A DNA stretch of 64,000 nt, taken from positions 109,458 through 173,457 of the IMG/VR virus record IMGVR_UViG_3300032322_002674. One strand, 5' to 3'. Shown piece by piece: positions 49,575 to 58,928 of this stretch (positions are counted from its first letter, which is position 1; each line of letters opens with the position of its first letter). This stretch comes from a virus (lineage: Duplodnaviria; Heunggongvirae; Uroviricota; Caudoviricetes). The position numbers and the translations under genes are program-made. Below the pieces are notes generated by a model, which was not told the origin of the DNA, ran no database searches, and saw only the letters and a list, made by a program, of their open reading frames with translations.

Positions 49575-49850
49575 AAAATTAGGTTAGTACAAACCCATCA
49601 CTGGGTAAGTGATATTCTTTCGGAAGAAGAAAAATGCCGATAGATTTTGGAATATTTGTCGAATCAAATAAACATTATTAGTCTGAAAAACTAAACCACT
49701 CTTAATGGTATCTTGTAAAAGGTAAATTGTAAAGTGTAAAAGTGTAACTAAGTAAGAAAGTATTAAGTTCAGTTCGATTCTGAATTGTATGTAAAGGCAA
49801 CTTTTTTGGAAAACCTAATTTTTATCCCATCTAAGGATGGGATTTTTTTG
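49575..49850 (+). ncRNA. candidate structured ncRNA ending in a tRNA-like T-arm and an intrinsic terminator
   Basis: 410-nt ORF-free gap. Hairpins ATCACT-GGGTA-AGTGAT and TTCTT-TCGG-AAGAA. T-arm-like TTCAG-TTCGATT-CTGAA at 49781-49797. Terminator at 49824-49850. Confidence 0.3.
49824..49850 (+). terminator. rho-independent terminator
   Basis: ATCCCATC-TAAG-GATGGGAT followed by T7. Confidence 0.65.
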
Positions 49851-49976
49851 CTATTTATTTTAGTATTTTTTTTGTACCTTAGAATATCCTATTGGTATGT
49901 TTGACCAACTTGCAGATTTATATGTCGTTTAATATAATTGCACAATATTTTAAATATTTTTTTGTATCTTTGTTGA

Positions 49977-50882
49977 ATGTCAGATAAAATAGGATATTGT
50001 TGTATTAATACCACACTTGAACAAAAAGGAATTAAAGTTAATCGTGGTATGGTTAAAAAGACCTTTGAAGAAAAAGGTTTAACCTATGTTTCAGAATTGG
50101 TATTGCAGAATCTTAGGGATACAATTGAAATAATTAAATGGAATGAACAAAATGGTATTAGAAATTACCGAATGAGTTCAGATTCTTTCCCCTGGTTCAC
50201 CCATTATGAATTAAAAGATTTACCCAACTACTATAAGATTAGAAATATCCTTTCTGGTATGGGTAAATTGATTAAAACCTACAAACATAAGGTTTCATAT
50301 CACCCAGGACAGTTTAACGTTCTGTGTTCACCTAAAGAAGATGTGGTGCAAAAAACCATATATGAACTTAATCAACATTCACTTATTATGGATTTAATGG
50401 AATTGGATGATAATCCATTTTATAATATTAACATTCATATTGGTGGTGTATATGGTGATAAGGAATCTGCAATGAAAAGATTTTGTGAAAAATTCTTGGA
50501 ACTTAATGAATCAACCAAAAAAAGATTAACAGTTGAAAATGATGATTCACCAAATGGTTATACAGTTCAAGATTTGTATGATGGTGTTCATCAGGTAATT
50601 GGAATACCAATAGTATTTGATTCACTTCATCATTATTGTAATGATGGTGGTGTGGATAATAATTTTGCATTTGCTCTTGCAGAATCCACTTGGGGTGGTA
50701 TTATTCCAGAAGTACATCACAGTTCATCAAAGAAGTTAAATGAAGATGCAAAATCAACAATAAAGAGTCATGCGGACTTTATTTACGAAAAATTTCCTAT
50801 CTTTGATAAAGATTTATATATTACATTGGAAGTGAAGAATAAGGAACTTGCGGTGTTTAAATACAGAAAAGATTTTTTATGA
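49977..50882 (+). CDS. uvdE: UV damage endonuclease (UvdE/Uve1 family)
   Basis: 'YRMSSDSFPW', 'SYHPGQFNVLCSPKEDVV', 'INIHIGGVYGDKESA', 'LTVENDD', 'IVFDSLHH' align with the B. subtilis UvdE motifs (YRFSSS, FHPNQFTLFTSPKESV, INIHIGGAYGNKDTA, TLENDD, FVFDFHHF). Confidence 0.75.
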   Translation: MSDKIGYCCINTTLEQKGIKVNRGMVKKTFEEKGLTYVSELVLQNLRDTIEIIKWNEQNGIRNYRMSSDSFPWFTHYELKDLPNYYKIRNILSGMGKLIKTYKHKVSYHPGQFNVLCSPKEDVVQKTIYELNQHSLIMDLMELDDNPFYNINIHIGGVYGDKESAMKRFCEKFLELNESTKKRLTVENDDSPNGYTVQDLYDGVHQVIGIPIVFDSLHHYCNDGGVDNNFAFALAESTWGGIIPEVHHSSSKKLNEDAKSTIKSHADFIYEKFPIFDKDLYITLEVKNKELAVFKYRKDFL

Positions 50883-51253
50883 AGGACATTATAATTAATA
50901 ATAAAAAAAAATTTAACATTATGGAAAACATTAAAAAAGACATTTTATTAAAGTATTTTTATATTCATTTACCAAAAATACTATTTTCATTTATATTAAT
51001 AATTGAATTTTATTTAACTTATTCTTTTTTAGAAACGGAAAATAATTTTTTGGTTAGTTGTTTTAGTATTCTTTTTTATTATATCCCTAAATTATTGGGA
51101 TTAATGTTGTTATTTGAAAATTATGATAAAAATGAATTAGGTTTTATGTCATTAATCTTTATTGTTTCTTTTATACCTTTAATAAATATTTTTACTGTGT
51201 TATCACTTATTGATGAAGGATTTGAAATAAATTGGAAAAATAAAATTGCATAA
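50879..51253 (+). CDS. small multi-TM membrane protein
   Basis: Three or four hydrophobic segments. Confidence 0.4.
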   Translation: MKDIIINNKKKFNIMENIKKDILLKYFYIHLPKILFSFILIIEFYLTYSFLETENNFLVSCFSILFYYIPKLLGLMLLFENYDKNELGFMSLIFIVSFIPLINIFTVLSLIDEGFEINWKNKIA

Positions 51254-51306
51254 ATAATTCAAAAAATTTTTATTAACTTTACATAAACAAAAAAACAATT
51301 AAAAAA

Positions 51307-51807
51307 ATGAAAAAACTATTATCATTGGTGTTTTTTGTAATTGGATTTACAAAAACACAACAACACACACAGGCACAAGTAAAAGTGGACAGTACAGTAA
51401 ATGTAACCACTAATGTAAAATCATCATCTGACCCTATGAAAGATGCTCTGTATGAAACAGGAAGGAGTATTTTGGAAAAAACTGCAGTTGGTGCTGGAAA
51501 TACTTTAACATCAGGTTATGCAGTAATTGTGGCTCAACAAAGAGTTAAGGCAGTAACTTATTTAATACCATTAATAGTTGGGGTTATATTATTATTTCTT
51601 GGTGTATGGTTTTATGGTAAATCGGCAACTGAACATAATAAATTATTACCATCAGTTTTATTTATGGTTTTAGGTTTAGGGTTAACTGTATTTGGTTCTT
51701 GGCATTTTGATGAAATAATGGTAGGTTTAATTAATCCTGACTATGCTGCTATACGTGATATAGTTTCTTTCGGTAAAGAATTTACTTCAGCAAAAACAGG
51801 TAACTAA
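51307..51807 (+). CDS. secreted/membrane protein (signal peptide + 2 TM)
   Basis: 'MKKLLSLVFFVIGFTKTQQ' signal. Later TM segments. Confidence 0.4.
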   Translation: MKKLLSLVFFVIGFTKTQQHTQAQVKVDSTVNVTTNVKSSSDPMKDALYETGRSILEKTAVGAGNTLTSGYAVIVAQQRVKAVTYLIPLIVGVILLFLGVWFYGKSATEHNKLLPSVLFMVLGLGLTVFGSWHFDEIMVGLINPDYAAIRDIVSFGKEFTSAKTGN

Positions 51808-52104
51808 TCTGAATATAGGGAATTAGTTTAATGGTAAAAACCTAAGATATTAGTTCGATTCTAGTATTCCTAGATGAATCATAATTCTTGCATTAAATGA
51901 TTTTGCAAGAGTTACCATTTCAGGAAAAAACTTATCTAACTGTTCTATTGAATAGATATAGTAAGGTTTAATTAAACGATTATTTTTACCCAATTCAGGA
52001 TTATCTTTTGAACGTTGCAGAACTTGAATGAAGTAGAAATCATGTTCATTATGGAATTTCAAAAATGGTTTGATTATTTCAATATTATTAATCATTTTTC
52101 TTTT

Positions 52105-52458
52105 TTAATTTTTTATAAATTTATTAGGATTTTTCCCTAATTTTCTTAATTCTTCCTTAACTTGTAATTTCCAAATAATATCTTTAACTACTGTTGCAAG
52201 TTGTTGTTGTGAATGTTTATGATATTTTTCGTAAACCAATGTTTGATTTACTTTAAAATCAGATAAACCTTCACCTTTAATCATAAATTCAAAGTTTAAA
52301 GACATCATTTTAAGTGAATTATGTGTTGTACCCATTAAAGAACAAAGATTTTTAATATTCATATTCAAACAAGACATACCATGACGATAGTGGTAGTAGG
52401 CAATTGTTTGATTTTGTTCAGTCCAAATTGTAGGAGTTTTCATAAAAAATATTTTCAT
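52105..52458 (-). CDS. hypothetical protein
   Basis: 117-aa ORF. Confidence 0.35.
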   Translation of the reverse strand: MKIFFMKTPTIWTEQNQTIAYYHYRHGMSCLNMNIKNLCSLMGTTHNSLKMMSLNFEFMIKGEGLSDFKVNQTLVYEKYHKHSQQQLATVVKDIIWKLQVKEELRKLGKNPNKFIKN

Positions 52459-52543
52459 TAATCAGTAAGACAAAAATACTAAAAATAACCTAATTATTTA
52501 TCGCAAATTTTTGGAATAAGATTTAATCAAATCTATTATATAA

Positions 52544-53104
52544 TCATTTTTTTTCATATTGTTGATTTAATATTTTAAAAACAGTTCTAATCTCAAGAGA
52601 ATCTTTTGGTGTTTTTTTAATTAAGTATTCTTCCATTACAGGTGCAGATTTCTGTAAGTATTCAAATGTTTTATCTGTTTGGATTGATACTTTTTTATTA
52701 AAAACCAAATCGTATGCAAAATGTTCACAATTATTTGTCATCATATCATACTTTTGATTTTTCCATTCCTTTAGTTTGTTCATGTTATTTGAAAAATCAA
52801 TTGGTTTTGCAGAAACAACTTCCACCTCAAATCCTTTTGAAAATTCTTTTAGTGTCGTTGATTCATGAACACCAAATTGGTCAAAATGTATTACTTTATC
52901 TCCCTTTACCACACCAAAATGATAAAATGGAGTTCCTTCTATTTTTCTTTTTAGGATAAACCCATCATAAAGTGTTGTAACTTTTTCTTTATTTGTCTTT
53001 TCTTCTTGTGGTAATGAAGATACATTTTTTTCTTGTTTACTAAATTTACTATCACAAGATGAAAATAAAAAAATAAATAATGGCAATATAAAAATCAGTT
53101 TCAT
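52544..53104 (-). CDS. lipoprotein with LRAT/NlpC-P60-like domain
   Basis: Lipobox 'LFSSCDSK'. 'NNCEHFAYDL' resembles the NCEHF catalytic-Cys motif of the LRAT-like family. 'HFGVV' upstream supplies the His. Confidence 0.4.
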   Translation of the reverse strand: MKLIFILPLFIFLFSSCDSKFSKQEKNVSSLPQEEKTNKEKVTTLYDGFILKRKIEGTPFYHFGVVKGDKVIHFDQFGVHESTTLKEFSKGFEVEVVSAKPIDFSNNMNKLKEWKNQKYDMMTNNCEHFAYDLVFNKKVSIQTDKTFEYLQKSAPVMEEYLIKKTPKDSLEIRTVFKILNQQYEKK

Positions 53105-53145
53105 AAAAAAAATAATTAAATTAAAGTTCAGTTTGATTTATTTTT

Positions 53146-53508
53146 TTGCAGGGAAGAAATTCTTGGAAGATTGCACTTGAAATGATGGAAGATTTGGCAC
53201 ATAATCTTAATTCAAATCAAGTTAACGGTTTACATAAAATTTATTCATCAGTTTGCGGAAAACATCATTCAGGTGATAAAAGTTGGGTTGTAGATATTGA
53301 TAATAAAGATGAAGAATTTGATAAAGAAATTCAGGAATTTATAAATAGTTTACAACCAGAAGATAATAAAATGAAAATTTTGGGTAATATTCCCACAAGG
53401 TCAGGACATCACCTGATAACACTACCGTTTAATAGTAAAGTGTTTCAGGAAAAATATCCTGATGTGCAAATACATCGAAATAACCCAACAATTCTTTTTT
53501 GTTTATGA
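53146..53508 (+). CDS. hypothetical protein
   Basis: 120-aa ORF. Confidence 0.35.
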   Translation: MQGRNSWKIALEMMEDLAHNLNSNQVNGLHKIYSSVCGKHHSGDKSWVVDIDNKDEEFDKEIQEFINSLQPEDNKMKILGNIPTRSGHHLITLPFNSKVFQEKYPDVQIHRNNPTILFCL

Positions 53509-53728
53509 TAGAAAAAATATATTGTTCTGCAATTTGGTATAAGGAATTATTAGAACAAAGAAAATATCTTTTAAAAGAAGGACAATCAGTTTGGCAAACT
53601 GATTTACTAATAGACAAACATTGTAAATAGAGTTTGCTCAATTCTAACCCAAAATTTTTTTGTATATTTGAATTATGGAAAAATTCGATATAAGGAAATT
53701 GATAGGTTACGTGGTATCATAAAACGTT

Positions 53729-54208
53729 ATGCTCACTTATAAAACTAATCATTTGCGTATGTGGAGTATGAATAGAACGGAATGTGTCAATTGGAATAAC
53801 AATTTTTATGTTGATAATATTAACATTAATAAATTTATTGAAATAATGTCAAAATTTAAAGAACAATTAGAAGAATCTCTGACTTTCTTAAAACTAAAAA
53901 AAGAAGGTGAAGGTTTCATCACCATTGGTAAATTGCACCCAAATAAAAAAACAGGTAATCCACAACATCCTGGTCATGTTGGTAGGGTTATTCATTTTGG
54001 TTTACTGATGGAATCACAACCTGATTTACAACCACTTTTTTTATCAGAGGTAATATCACAGAAATGGGTCTTTGTTATTCAAAGATTACATAAGGACTTT
54101 AAGGTGCAAGAACAAATTATTTTATCCATTGTTGAACAAATGAAAAAAATGGGTAGGAAACGAGTTACAGAAAAAGAATTTCAGGAATTGGGTTATTCAG
54201 AAGATTAA
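53729..54208 (+). CDS. hypothetical protein
   Basis: 159-aa ORF. Confidence 0.35.
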   Translation: MLTYKTNHLRMWSMNRTECVNWNNNFYVDNININKFIEIMSKFKEQLEESLTFLKLKKEGEGFITIGKLHPNKKTGNPQHPGHVGRVIHFGLLMESQPDLQPLFLSEVISQKWVFVIQRLHKDFKVQEQIILSIVEQMKKMGRKRVTEKEFQELGYSED

Positions 54209-54724
54209 AAAAATAAATTATGAAAACAATACAAACACTTTTATCATTATTAATTATAGGTATATTGATAATTTCTTTTTTCATAGGAGGTTTAATTATA
54301 GGTGAATATTATAACGAACCAAAACAAATGTTAATTGAATTAACACCACTTGTTTATAGTTTTTCAGTATCATTTTTTCTTCTATTTTGGTGGTTTATGA
54401 TTGAAATTGTTTTATTAAGAAATAAATAATTATAAATAATGCAAAAAGTACAAACTCTTCCTGATGATAATTTACAAAAATTCAATATACCAACAATTTT
54501 TGTTACTTGTATTGATGATGAAAATCTAACAGGATTTGAAACATTTCCTGAAAAGGGAAAAACCTATATACTAAAAGATATAAGATATTCAACAACATCT
54601 GCAATTGGAATGGTGCAGATTTTGGGTTTGGATATTCAAAAAGAAAGTATGGGTAAATATTGGGGATTCTCAATAGAAAGATTTCAGTTCACTAATTTAT
54701 GTCCTAATTAATTAAATAAAACTT

Positions 54725-55087
54725 ATGAAACATTCTAAAGTATTTGTAAACAAAGATGGTGAAAATTTTTTAATATCTTATAGTGGTAATGAAGATATTA
54801 AAAAAGATGGTTTCATTATGCACTACACAGGATATGATAATGGAATAGGTAATCAGATTGAAGATTATAAACATTTCGGTCAATTTAATGAAGTTATGGG
54901 AAAACCTGCACTTAGAAATCTTCTTGATATTGAGCATGATAAATATAGAAACCCAATAACATCAGGTTTTGCATATATGAATGCAATAGATGTGGTTAAT
55001 TTCTATGGAAGATTAATTCAGGAGGGTTATAAAATTGATTATAATGACAGAATAAACAAATTTGGATTTAAAATAGAAAAAATATAA
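54725..55087 (+). CDS. hypothetical protein
   Basis: 120-aa ORF. Confidence 0.35.
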   Translation: MKHSKVFVNKDGENFLISYSGNEDIKKDGFIMHYTGYDNGIGNQIEDYKHFGQFNEVMGKPALRNLLDIEHDKYRNPITSGFAYMNAIDVVNFYGRLIQEGYKIDYNDRINKFGFKIEKI

Positions 55088-55088
55088 T

Positions 55089-55821
55089 ATGGCAACAATA
55101 GATAAAACTTATGTAAATAAAGAACAATATAAGGAAATTAAACTTTGGTGGATTAAAACAAAGAAAAAAAAAATAAGGGATTTGGGTAAACCAATATGGT
55201 TATATCCACTTTCTTTGTTAAAAGATTATAGTGAAGATATTGATAACCCTAGAAAGATAATATTGGTAAATTACGTGAATTTGTAAATGATTTTAAATTT
55301 GGTAAGTCAAAAGGTATTTGGATTGCATCAATTAAAACCAAAAAATCTATTATTTATTTCTTCAAAGATGTTGATGAAAATTACATTGATGATAATATAA
55401 TTGTTTATGGTACAACTGATTTATTAAAAATTATTGATAATGCAAGAAAAATAATAAGTGGGATAATTTATATAAAAAAAGAATGTGATTATGAAATTCT
55501 ATTTGAATTTAATGGTATTCCTATTTCATATAAAAATGGGAAATATTTTGCAAAAAAAGATGGTAAAGAGATTGATGTTTCATTAGGTTATGTTGCAGAT
55601 TATTTATTTCATAAAATTAAAATAAATCATTCTTACAAAATCCAAGATACTAAAAAATATAAGTGGGATGAACAAATTTTCTTATCTTTTGGTGAAGATG
55701 ATTGTTGTGATATAACGCAATATAAAAAAACTTTAGAACTCCATGAATATGGGAATAGGGATTATCTTAAAAGATATGTTAGTTTTTTACCTGATTATAT
55801 TACAGAAAGGATTAAATTTTA
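55089..55821 (+). pseudogene. gene split by a -1 frameshift (65-aa ORF 55089-55286 continues in the -1 frame to 55821)
   Basis: The -1 frame is open from 55253 to the stop at 55819-55821 (about 189 codons) and has no ATG/GTG/TTG. The frames overlap only across 55253-55283. Confidence 0.4.
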
Positions 55822-56301
55822 ATTACCCGAAAATTTATCAAAATCTTTTTTAACGTTAAAAAATTTAGTAATTAATGTTTTTAATCTACTAAATAAATTT
55901 ATATTATATAAAATCTCAATATTTTCATGAATTGATTTTATTTCAGTAAAAACTGCACCTGCAGTTATTAATTTTGTTGTTAAATATTCTATCTTAGAAA
56001 AAAATATTTGAATAAACTCATTTAGAAAAAAATAGTCTAAAATAAATGTACTAATGATAATCATATTATATATATATATTTTCTTTCCTGTTGAGTAAAA
56101 TCCTCTACTTGTTATTCGTTCACCTCTTTTTAGTGCCTTTTTAACCCCCAAAAATAAATCTAAAAGTATTAGAAAAATACACAAAAAAATTAACGATTTA
56201 ATTGGGGCAATGAATCCTAAAAATAAATAAAACCAATTCTTTAAATTAATTTTATGAAAAACTGTTATGAAATAATCTTTTATTAGGTTTAATATATTCA
56301 T
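55819..56301 (-). CDS. multi-TM membrane protein
   Basis: Four hydrophobic segments. Confidence 0.4.
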   Translation of the reverse strand: MNILNLIKDYFITVFHKINLKNWFYLFLGFIAPIKSLIFLCIFLILLDLFLGVKKALKRGERITSRGFYSTGKKIYIYNMIIISTFILDYFFLNEFIQIFFSKIEYLTTKLITAGAVFTEIKSIHENIEILYNINLFSRLKTLITKFFNVKKDFDKFSGN

Positions 56302-56595
56302 TTGTGGTTTGATTTAATAATAAATATTTCGTTTTTTGCATTATTTTTTTAAAAAAAAATTTTTATCTTTGATAAACGAAAATATAAGTACGGTTTAATT
56401 AGTACAAAACTTTAATCGAAGAACTAAAAAAAGAATTTTTATATTTAAAAATAAAATTATGAGTAAAGAAAGGATATGAAACACCTGGTTTTTGGGTTAT
56501 GGATGATAATGGAAAAATGAAAGGTTTAGGTTTTCAATATTGGATGAAACCAGAACTGTTTGAGTTAGTAGAAGCAAAGTAAATTTTATTACCGC

Positions 56596-56617
56596 TAACG
56601 GTTGCAAATATGAGAAG
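56596..56617 (+). promoter_or_regulatory. repeated intergenic element TAACGGTTGCAAATATGAGAAG (copy 1)
   Basis: 16/16 match with 57093-57108. Shares TATGAGAAG with 57441-57449. 49 nt upstream of the ATG at 56666. Confidence 0.45.
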
Positions 56618-56665
56618 TAAATCTTTTCATTAAAAAATAGACAAAGTAAGATTTATTTCTTATAT

Positions 56666-57073
56666 TTGTTGTTATATTTAGTATCAAAAATTTATACAAT
56701 GGGATTAATTAAAACAGAAAAAACAATATCAATTAAACTTACAAAGAGTGAGTGGTCTTGGTGTAATACTTGGATTTCAGGTATTAAAACTTCTTCAATT
56801 GAAAGAATGTCAGAAGATTGGTTTATTGAAACAAAATCATGGTTCAAAGATAATGTGTCATTGAAATATCTTTATGATTTAAACATTGAACATGACGATT
56901 CGATTGAGGTTTTAATACCAAGAAACATATTACGAATATTTGTTTTTTCTGTTGGTAGGATAGCATACGATTTTGATGTTAAATCAGGAACCTCAACAAG
57001 TGCTTATGAAATTATTACTAAAATAGAAGAACAGATTAAGGTTGATGAATATTGGAATCAAAATCGTTTCTAA
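56666..57073 (+). CDS. hypothetical protein
   Basis: 135-aa ORF. Confidence 0.4.
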   Translation: MLLYLVSKIYTMGLIKTEKTISIKLTKSEWSWCNTWISGIKTSSIERMSEDWFIETKSWFKDNVSLKYLYDLNIEHDDSIEVLIPRNILRIFVFSVGRIAYDFDVKSGTSTSAYEIITKIEEQIKVDEYWNQNRF

Positions 57074-57088
57074 ATTTTTGATATTGAA

Positions 57089-57112
57089 TATAACGGTTGC
57101 AAATATATACAG
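57089..57112 (+). promoter_or_regulatory. repeated intergenic element TATAACGGTTGCAAATATATACAG (copy 2)
   Basis: See copy 1. Preceded by TGATATT as in copy 3. 43 nt upstream of the ATG at 57155. Confidence 0.45.
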
Positions 57113-57154
57113 TTTTGGAATTAGAATTACAAACCTTAAAATACAAGATAAATT

Positions 57155-57415
57155 ATGGAAGAAGAACAAAAGTTAAATGAACCCCCAAAATTGGATATAT
57201 TTGGTGTTATACACAGTAATATGGTTGATGGTAAATTAGATGCTGTTGGTGCTTTAACGGATATTTTCAATGAAGAATGTGCTAAAGCGGTGTTAAAGGG
57301 TGTTGAAAATAAACAAGATTTACTTGATTTTATGAATTGGTTGAATGATAATAAGAAACTTGGATATACATCTGTTGGGGTTGAAAGGATAGTTGATAAT
57401 TATTTACTTGGGTGA
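57155..57415 (+). CDS. hypothetical protein
   Basis: 86-aa ORF. Confidence 0.4.
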   Translation: MEEEQKLNEPPKLDIFGVIHSNMVDGKLDAVGALTDIFNEECAKAVLKGVENKQDLLDFMNWLNDNKKLGYTSVGVERIVDNYLLG

Positions 57416-57425
57416 TATTATTGTG

Positions 57426-57450
57426 TATAACGGTTGGGTGTATGAGAAGG
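57426..57450 (+). promoter_or_regulatory. repeated intergenic element TATAACGGTTGGGTGTATGAGAAGG (copy 3)
   Basis: Shares TATAACGGTTG with copy 2 and TATGAGAAG with copy 1. Upstream of the ATG at 57565. Confidence 0.45.
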
Positions 57451-57564
57451 TTTGCTTAGATGAACTTTCAAATTAACTACAACTGATGATAGCAAACTTT
57501 CTTATACACCTTGTTATGTGTAGGTGCGGTTTAACAAAAATAATCATAAATTAAAAATAAAACT

Positions 57565-57996
57565 ATGTTTAAAGAATTATTAAATGACAAGATGGAAACT
57601 ATCGCTAACTTAGGTGATGGTATTAGTGAAATTTTAAAATCAAACGCTGTTTCTGAAATTACAGAACACAATAAACCATTTGATTGTTATATTTTACCAA
57701 ATGAAATTGGATTGAATGAATTAAAGGTTGATTCACCAATTTATAAATATAAAGGAAATGGACATCAATGTGGACTACGTAAAATTAATTTAAGACGAAC
57801 CTTTGAATTAAACAAGGATTTTAATTTGTTAAATCAAGATGAAAAAGATTCGATATTGAATGAACTAATACCAATATTAAAAGATAGATTCACTCACATC
57901 TATAAGATTATAGAAAAAAGAAATAGTTTTATTGTTGCTGGATATGTTGAGAATCACATTGATTATATTTGTTATGGAAATAAAGTTGGATATTAG
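57565..57996 (+). CDS. hypothetical protein
   Basis: 143-aa ORF. Confidence 0.4.
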   Translation: MFKELLNDKMETIANLGDGISEILKSNAVSEITEHNKPFDCYILPNEIGLNELKVDSPIYKYKGNGHQCGLRKINLRRTFELNKDFNLLNQDEKDSILNELIPILKDRFTHIYKIIEKRNSFIVAGYVENHIDYICYGNKVGY

Positions 57997-58242
57997 CACT
58001 ACTCAAATGTTTTTGTGGAACAAACCACATATTACATTTACAGATGTGAAGAAGATAGATTAAATGATAAACCTTTTTTAGTAACATCAGACAAAAACAA
58101 ATTTGAATTATATAAGGAGAAAATTAGAAACGGTGAACATAAATTAAGGGATAAAGCAGAATAATTTTTATGTTTTATAACGTTTTGCGTATAAAAAATC
58201 GTTTTAATGTTTTTTATACGCTGTTAGCAGTATGTATCATTT

Positions 58243-58524
58243 TTGTTTAACGATAAATTTAAAAATATGAAAGCAAGTAAAGAACAAGTAGAAAACGCCA
58301 TTTTGTTTTTTGCAAAAACATTTGGTCAGGAAAAAAATTACAAAGCACTTATGGAAGCATATAGTGGAACACCTAAAATTGTTGAAATGATAGTGTATGA
58401 AATGTTTTTGCAAAAATTCAATTCATATCATTGTACAGATGAACAATATGAACAGTATAAAATAATTCACGAATATACAACTGAGTTAAAACAAAATGGA
58501 TGGGTTGCTCACGAACAAAAATGA
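58243..58524 (+). CDS. hypothetical protein
   Basis: 93-aa ORF. A TATAACGTTTTGCGTATAA variant of the repeated element lies at 58176-58196 upstream. Confidence 0.4.
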   Translation: MFNDKFKNMKASKEQVENAILFFAKTFGQEKNYKALMEAYSGTPKIVEMIVYEMFLQKFNSYHCTDEQYEQYKIIHEYTTELKQNGWVAHEQK

Positions 58525-58622
58525 TATTACTGCTAACTATCGTATATATCTAACTACCCATAACTAATTGATTTTCAATATGAAAGAAACTAACTATTAC
58601 GAAATTTGTAAACAAAAATGAA

Positions 58623-58928
58623 ATGAAATTTTTATTAATATATACTATTTTACACCAAATAATAATTTTATCAAATATTAAATATTATTTTAATATTTAT
58701 ATTGGTCTAAAACAAATAAAAAAGAACTATTCAATTGAAGAAACAAAATATTCTTTTTTTGCAGTATTATCATGGATTTGTCTATTTTTAAATATTAATT
58801 ATCAAATCATTATATTAATAATTTTTAATTTAATACCATTTAAAGAAAAATTTGGGTGGGTGGGTTATTTATTTTCTTGCATAGTAAATATCATTTTTTT
58901 ATCACTATATTTGTACTTCAATTTATAA
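58623..58928 (+). CDS. small multi-TM membrane protein
   Basis: Hydrophobic throughout. Confidence 0.35.
   Translation: MKFLLIYTILHQIIILSNIKYYFNIYIGLKQIKKNYSIEETKYSFFAVLSWICLFLNINYQIIILIIFNLIPFKEKFGWVGYLFSCIVNIIFLSLYLYFNL

Noticed and set aside
51815-51875. tRNA-like segment with a D-arm-like GTTT-AATGGTA-AAAC and a T-arm-like ATTAG-TTCGATT-CTAGT. It shares the 11-mer AGTTCGATTCT with 49781.
   Set aside because: The segment is too short to hold an anticodon arm (about 25 nt between the acceptor and T-arm). Its 3' half is the coding sequence (..LGILESN*) of the minus-strand gene 51850-52095. It is probably coincidental or a very old remnant.
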